The notes beneath the pieces were generated by a model. It was not told the origin of the DNA. It worked only from the letters and a program-made list of their open reading frames with translations, and made no database searches. Positions 58,597 through 64,000 of a stretch of DNA of 64,000 nt are shown piece after piece (position 1 is the first letter of the stretch; every line of letters starts with the position of its first letter). The position numbers and the translations under genes are program-made. The stretch covers positions 192,001-256,000 of the forward strand of contig CAVSBL010000002.1 of the NCBI GenBank assembly GCA_963726255.1, read 5' to 3'. This DNA comes from Candidatus Bathyarchaeota archaeon (GTDB taxonomy: Archaea; Thermoproteota; Bathyarchaeia; 40CM-2-53-6).

Positions 58597-59874
58597 TCAT
58601 TTCTTTACTAGCCCGTACCTGCTCTTGAAGTCGAATACGTTCACTACATAACTCGGACTGACAGCTTTCGCAATCCGTTCACTAGTCGAATCAGTTCTGA
58701 GTTCGAGCATCTTTTCTCCTATATTATAGCCGAGAGCCGCGAGAAGACCACCTACTGCGCCTATAGGACCAGCCGCAACTGTTCCCAATACTGCTATTCC
58801 AATCGTTATCCCTCCACGAATGAATCCTGTCTTTGATCCAATTGAGTCTGCTTCCTCCCATAATTTGTCCAAGATGTCTCCGAGTTTCTTCCCATTGGAT
58901 AGAATGTCCGAGTATTCTTCACTCTTGACTGCTTGGAGAAGGGAGGTTGATACTCCGTACAAATCGGTCTCACTGAACTTGTCACACATAGCTCTGCAAG
59001 CTTCATAGCTTGTAGGATAGGGAGCGAGCTTTTCCATGAGAAACTTGCCAATCTCTGCTAGGTTTGGGCTTGGAGCTTGTGAAACAAGAAGAGCCATGCC
59101 ATCTGGTGTCTTCATTGCAAGTTGTTCATGGCTTACGTTGTGAATTGCTCCAAAAATATCGAATGTTGGCTCCAATATCAATTGTACGCACAAGTTCGTA
59201 ACGTCCGCCAATTCTCCGAATTCGTCGTAGACCAATCTATCGCGAATGAATTCTTTCAAGTCGCGATAGCCCAAAAGCTCTAGCGCTGCGTATGTATCTG
59301 CAAATTTCTCCCACGCGGTTTTTGTTATATCGACTGCAGGGCCATATTTCCGCATGTAACGAGGGTCGAGATTTCGTCTGTTTGCGGTTGGGTATATGCG
59401 AATTCTGCAGAGAGTATCATATTCAATCAAAGCATCCCTATATCTTACCAGATCTGATGCGGAAAACTCTTCCTTATGAATTACGCCGTACCACTTTCGC
59501 GGCTTCAGGTCTAGAACCGGATCAAGGAAGTCCAATCCCGCATATTCCTCCGGGTCGCCGTTTAGAACAAATGCAACTCGCCCGGTATCCTTGGCAAAGT
59601 CTGCTAGACGGTCGACATCAGATGCATCAAACCCATGATATTTACTGAAATCGCCTTCTGAGTATGGCGCTACCGGAATTAGAAGGGTTCCAAAGAGCGG
59701 GATTTGCGGCCAAATACTCTCGCAGATCGCGCTCCATGCTATTGGTTCCCGAAGTTTAGGGTATCTCTGCGTGTAGTATGCTTTCATTTCAAATGGATCC
59801 ATTGATGACTTACTTAGTCGTGCGATTTCTTCACGTTCTTTGGCTGAGTAGTCTAACAACGATTCTTTATCCAA
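58597..59874 (-). CDS. Hypothetical protein with C-terminal Gly-rich hydrophobic hairpin (cargo)
   Basis: 425-aa ORF; GGITIGIAVLGTVAAGPIGAVGGLLAALG near C-terminus; family not recognised. Confidence 0.75.
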   Translation of the reverse strand: MDKESLLDYSAKEREEIARLSKSSMDPFEMKAYYTQRYPKLREPIAWSAICESIWPQIPLFGTLLIPVAPYSEGDFSKYHGFDASDVDRLADFAKDTGRVAFVLNGDPEEYAGLDFLDPVLDLKPRKWYGVIHKEEFSASDLVRYRDALIEYDTLCRIRIYPTANRRNLDPRYMRKYGPAVDITKTAWEKFADTYAALELLGYRDLKEFIRDRLVYDEFGELADVTNLCVQLILEPTFDIFGAIHNVSHEQLAMKTPDGMALLVSQAPSPNLAEIGKFLMEKLAPYPTSYEACRAMCDKFSETDLYGVSTSLLQAVKSEEYSDILSNGKKLGDILDKLWEEADSIGSKTGFIRGGITIGIAVLGTVAAGPIGAVGGLLAALGYNIGEKMLELRTDSTSERIAKAVSPSYVVNVFDFKSRYGLVKK

Positions 59875-60057
59875 GAGGTTGAGCCATTAGCCTCATCGAC
59901 TCAACACACTAAATAACTATTTTTCGTCGTCGGTATCCTAGTCCGCACGCCACGATGACGGTTCGATTTCTGTCGCTCGCACCATTGATACCACACACAC
60001 TAAATGACGGCAACTCAAATTACGCTACTCGCACCATTGGAATAGCCTGAAGGCGAA

Positions 60058-60350
60058 ATGAGCAATGAAGGAGAGCTAGTGGCCCAACGCATGTCAAAGA
60101 ATCAAGAATCAATTGATAATGCTTTTCTATTCTTGTTGACTTCGTTGACTTTGCTATTCGGAGTCTTGAACGACGCTGTTGACGGATTGCGAGCTGTTCT
60201 TCTTCAGATCCCGCTAATTATCTCAGGTTTCTTTTTTCCATTCTATATTGGCTACGTGCGAGGAGTAATAGACCCCGGTTCCAACGTAGAAAGGGTTCGA
60301 GGATGGATATTCTTTACATTTGGAGTTGCCACCTACGCATGGATGTTCAC
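60058..60350 (+). pseudogene. Probably truncated membrane-protein gene
   Basis: About 95 codons with three TM-like segments, then the frame runs into GC-rich hairpins and element-end repeats; 3' boundary approximate. Confidence 0.5.
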
Positions 60351-60805
60351 GGACTTCCGGGTTGTATGTTTCCGGGCCCGATTTCTGCTATGCGACACAT
60401 GCGGCCGGGTCCGGCGAAGGACCCTTGGCGGGTCTGACTCCGGAGGCCGGGCCGGAGAGGGGTTGTTAGGGGACACTTCCCCTAAACAGCAAACACCTAC
60501 ACCAACCGTTTCAAAGTGTGTGTGGATCTCTTGGTGCGACCGGCGCAATTTGAACCGCAGGGTCAAACGTAATTGTGTGTGTGCGCACCACTAGACCGGG
60601 GGTATAACATAGGGGCGGTTTTGGGGTGTCCACGTGGATGGGTTGGTGGGGACGTGGAAGTCCACGTGTACGCGAGATAATGAGACCTGCTTGACTACCA
60701 ATTGAATCGCTGTTACCAAAGTTTCGAAAAGCATGGAACACTACAGGTATGTTGATCTTTAGCCAAACCTCTAGGTGAGCTATAGAAAAGAACCTGTTCA
60801 GTCCC

Positions 60806-61198
60806 ATGGCGGCTTTGGATATGAGGAAGTCAACGATAATCTACGCCCTTCTATGGTTCCTAACTATTGTAGCGTTTTCTGTTCCATGGTACACAGTTGG
60901 TGGGCACACGTTTACCGGCTGGAATTTTGTCATTCCATTCTCAGCCAGCTATCTGATAGGCATCCTTCTGGGTCTCATAGTCCTGATTACTAAGCGATGG
61001 GCGTTTGGTCTTACCATTGTTGCAGGAATCTTGATGATACTGGGAATAGTAGGTGCGGGCATTGGCGGTGGAATAAGCGAAGCACTTAGCGGAGTAAGCG
61101 GTCAGACCACCACGGCCCAAGGTGGAATAGGTTTTGCTTTCGTGATTAGTTTGGTATACCTTGTCGGCGGAGCTGTTCTAGGTAAGCGAATGGAGTAG
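60806..61198 (+). CDS. Small multi-TM hypothetical membrane protein
   Basis: 130 aa, four hydrophobic segments, PWYT motif. Confidence 0.7.
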   Translation: MAALDMRKSTIIYALLWFLTIVAFSVPWYTVGGHTFTGWNFVIPFSASYLIGILLGLIVLITKRWAFGLTIVAGILMILGIVGAGIGGGISEALSGVSGQTTTAQGGIGFAFVISLVYLVGGAVLGKRME

Positions 61199-61341
61199 CG
61201 ACTCGACAAACAACGGAAATAGGTTTAGCATGAGACATGGGGATTAAGGGTCCTTCCGCTGTCGTCGGATCTATTGGTGAGGTCCACGGGTACAACCGAG
61301 CAGAAATTCGTCGACTATCAAGTTGACTCTATGAATAGATG

Positions 61342-64000
61342 TTAGCCGCGTGGAGTCGAAAATTTCTCGTCATCCGATAATTCAAGCTTAATCATTTCAT
61401 CGATATCATGTATGCAAGAGTCAGCAATTACTCGGACAGTTTCTGAAGATACCTGATCATCCTTGATTTTCTGAAAGATCGCCTTACGTCGGACCAGCTC
61501 AGGCGGAGGTTCACCGGGTCTCGCCGTATATGCATGAGGCGGATGCGTCTTTCGGTAGAACATTGACTCAACTTGATTTCTTAATCCAGCTGAGATGCCC
61601 TCAGATCCAACCCTCGCGAAGATATTCGAATTATCTTCTTTGAGTTCTAGAAATTCACATGCGGTTAACGCGTTCTCGATTCTATGAGCGTTCAGCTGTC
61701 TATCGATGTATGTCGTAAGACTCGCCTGCATTTGAAGTCGATTCGGGTCTGCGAAGGGTAGGAAGAGATTGCGTAGGCACATTTGGTAGATTGCGTCTTT
61801 GCTGTACCATGCTATGACTGCGTCCATTAGTTTGTCGAATGCCTCGACTGATTTCGTCAAACTCGCTACTGCGTCGATTCCATCTCCAGGTATTGGCTCA
61901 TACTGGTAATCTTTCATGCGAATTGTTGAGAGGCGTTCCTGAAGGAGAAAGATTACTGACTGTATATCAGAGCACACAAACGAGATGATTCGTTGAGAAT
62001 CGTAGTCTAAGTTGGGCATCTCAACTAGTCGGTTCAGTAATGCCCTTCGCAGTAGTACAAGCTCATGTGAAGGAAGTGCCCCAATGATGTTTCCCTTCCG
62101 CAGGAGAACCAAAGACACAGCGAAGCTTAGCTGCTGATAATCATCCTCCATAGAAACTCCAAGACGCAATAGCTTAGTGAGTAAGTACACACTCTGAAAC
62201 TTGTCGAATAAGAAATCGAGATAGCTAATTACTTGATATTTGGTGCCGGAGCTTCCGAACGTCAGTAATTTGTGGAGCCAAAGGTATAAACTGAAAGAGG
62301 AAATTGTGTTCTTGGTAGTCGATTTAGTTCTGTTGTCGTCAATACGACTGAACTTGTCAAAGACGGCCGCAACGATCGTTTGATACCCTCCTTTGTCAAG
62401 TAATTCTATGAATCTACTATAGGTTCGAGACCTTGTAAATTGAAACCTGCATGTACATGCTAAAAAGGCCTGCACTTTTGACTCGGAAGTTCTCGGAAGT
62501 TCTGAAATAGTCTCCTCAGCCATCATTCGAAGGAAGCGCCCATCGAGTTCTGCAAGAGCTGCTTGCATTTCGTCCTTGAAGCGAGTCGGGGTGTCGGCCC
62601 AAAGTGCATTGTTGCTTCTAATTTCCGCGAACACTGGTCTCTGTTGATGAACCCATGAGGTTAGTATCGGAGCGGTCACACGGTTGGGCGGCTCCCGCAG
62701 CGATTTGTCCAATGACTTAAGAAATCGCAAAACGTCGCCAGGTGTAGGATACTTCTCTGGCAAAGTGGAGGTTATTTTGTCGAATTCTTCCGGTAAGAAT
62801 ACTCGTCTAGACGTGAATGACTGAATGAACCATTTCCAACGCCCATCCTGTGGTGCGTTTTTCCTCAGATTCTCGAAGCTCTCTGAGATGTAATATGGCG
62901 ATAGGTAGTGACTGAACATCAAATATTCAGAAGATCTAGGCATCGCTTCCAAGAACTTCTCAGTTTCCTCTGTACCAGGAGTGCTCTGTGCCCACCAAGT
63001 CAAGAACAGGTTCTCAATTTTGTTCAGAACTGCAAAATCCATATCTGATCTGATTGTGTTTCCTATTAGTCGAGTTACATGTCTCCTTTCTTGAGCAATT
63101 CTTGATTCAAGTGGCAAGGCACTCTCACTAACCCTTTGCAATCGAGTCTTTCCGAGAACTTCAGCAACATCTAGTGCTGCAATTCTTGCCTTTGGTGAAG
63201 AATGTTCGATCATAAGCGAGAGAACTCTAAGGGCTTCGTCTCTAATCGCTGTCACCTCGGCGGTTTGTGAAAGAATCTTTTCTCCGAACGTCACCCTGAG
63301 TGTCCTGGATTCTGAATATTCATGGGAACCAGCGAGAACCTCCGAAAGAGCTGGAAAGAGCAGCTCGACTTGTGTGTCCGATCCGTTTATCCAAGTTTCT
63401 AGGATCGACAGCGCCTCGCAGATCTGAGATGCGCTGTTCTGCAAAGGAGAGACGCATGAACGTATCAATGATTTTGTCTTGTAGTTGTCGTATCTGCCTG
63501 GAATGTTCTTCCTGTGAAGTAGATTGATGATGTCAAGTATTGTTGATCGAGATTGACGTGTTGAGATTAATTGCGCAATGACAGGTCCGTAGTCATCCGT
63601 TGATAGTGGCAGACGAGGGTCGTCGTCATCTCTTTCTATGTAACATCGAAGAAGGCGTGCACATTCGGTCGGAACGATCGGGGTTATGCTAGGAATCGCG
63701 TTGAGGACTCCTCGCATAGATCGGTGAGGTCCTTCGTTCGGATGTAATGACCAATGTAAAACATGTCCCGCCAATACTCGTCTAAGGCTTGGAACTTCTG
63801 CGTATTTAGCGGCTGATGCTAAGTTGTTCAGTGCGTTCTCAGGGGCGGTTTGAAGCCAGGGGTCAACCAACGAAATCAGGTTTTCTACATTCATGTTCTG
63901 AATCTGTCGCAAAAGGTACAGGTCGCCCTTCATGTCAGGGTTGAACCGGACCGTGTCGCCAATTTCTCTCAGTATTCCTGCTCTGATCATTCGATTCAAT
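61342..64000 (-). CDS. Large helical hypothetical protein (5'-truncated by window edge)
   Basis: >885 aa open frame reaching the window end; no catalytic motif visible in this part. Confidence 0.75.
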   Translation of the reverse strand, partial: LNRMIRAGILREIGDTVRFNPDMKGDLYLLRQIQNMNVENLISLVDPWLQTAPENALNNLASAAKYAEVPSLRRVLAGHVLHWSLHPNEGPHRSMRGVLNAIPSITPIVPTECARLLRCYIERDDDDPRLPLSTDDYGPVIAQLISTRQSRSTILDIINLLHRKNIPGRYDNYKTKSLIRSCVSPLQNSASQICEALSILETWINGSDTQVELLFPALSEVLAGSHEYSESRTLRVTFGEKILSQTAEVTAIRDEALRVLSLMIEHSSPKARIAALDVAEVLGKTRLQRVSESALPLESRIAQERRHVTRLIGNTIRSDMDFAVLNKIENLFLTWWAQSTPGTEETEKFLEAMPRSSEYLMFSHYLSPYYISESFENLRKNAPQDGRWKWFIQSFTSRRVFLPEEFDKITSTLPEKYPTPGDVLRFLKSLDKSLREPPNRVTAPILTSWVHQQRPVFAEIRSNNALWADTPTRFKDEMQAALAELDGRFLRMMAEETISELPRTSESKVQAFLACTCRFQFTRSRTYSRFIELLDKGGYQTIVAAVFDKFSRIDDNRTKSTTKNTISSFSLYLWLHKLLTFGSSGTKYQVISYLDFLFDKFQSVYLLTKLLRLGVSMEDDYQQLSFAVSLVLLRKGNIIGALPSHELVLLRRALLNRLVEMPNLDYDSQRIISFVCSDIQSVIFLLQERLSTIRMKDYQYEPIPGDGIDAVASLTKSVEAFDKLMDAVIAWYSKDAIYQMCLRNLFLPFADPNRLQMQASLTTYIDRQLNAHRIENALTACEFLELKEDNSNIFARVGSEGISAGLRNQVESMFYRKTHPPHAYTARPGEPPPELVRRKAIFQKIKDDQVSSETVRVIADSCIHDIDEMIKLELSDDEKFSTPRG

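Larger units (their letters stand above)
57652..60597. mobile_element. Non-autonomous element with 15-bp TIRs and 14-bp target-site duplication (casposon-like geometry)
   Basis: CGCACCACTAGACC (57652-57665), CACACACACAATTAC (57666-57680) ... GTAATTGTGTGTGTG (60569-60583), CGCACCACTAGACC (60584-60597). Confidence 0.8.

Noticed and set aside
57666-60583. (CA)n runs as simple microsatellites
   Set aside because: The intact copies are all 9 nt and sit at fixed distances from CGCACCA, which slippage would not produce
57633-60597. CRISPR array or integron attC sites
   Set aside because: Repeats are irregularly spaced, in both orientations and separated by up to kilobases; no RYYYAAC/GTTRRRY attC boxes recognised; TIR plus 14-bp duplication explains them better

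Overview
Chromosomal segment of a TACK-type archaeon (Bathyarchaeia/Nitrososphaeria-like, inferred from aRF1, EF-1alpha, archaeal DnaG, stand-alone 5S rRNA, archaeal SRP RNA, BHB tRNA introns, DUF1512). About 8-35 kb is housekeeping (rps10/tuf/rps7, SRP RNA, pyrH, aRF1, glyA, rps11, PolB, dnaG, gap, trpS-pheS-pheT-tyrS, map, 5S rRNA, thiolase). 45.8-51.1 kb is one apparent operon joining a Rieske/cytochrome b6-type complex to succinate dehydrogenase. From 51.2 kb the DNA is accessory. First comes a 6.3-kb block (amino-acid ABC transporter, aconitase X) bracketed by 20-bp direct repeats that look like a tRNA 3' end. Then comes the most striking structure, a 2.9-kb transposase-less element (57666-60583) with perfect 15-bp terminal inverted repeats (CACACACACAATTAC) and a perfect 14-bp flanking duplication (CGCACCACTAGACC). 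It carries internal tRNA-3'-mimic landing pads and further nested/tandem ends with the same 14-nt geometry, resembling a non-autonomous casposon-like gene-cassette system. A relic of the same ends lies directly behind the two-intron tRNA-Leu(CAA) gene at about 6.05-6.1 kb. All assignments come from reading sequence and motifs by eye; no database searches were run.
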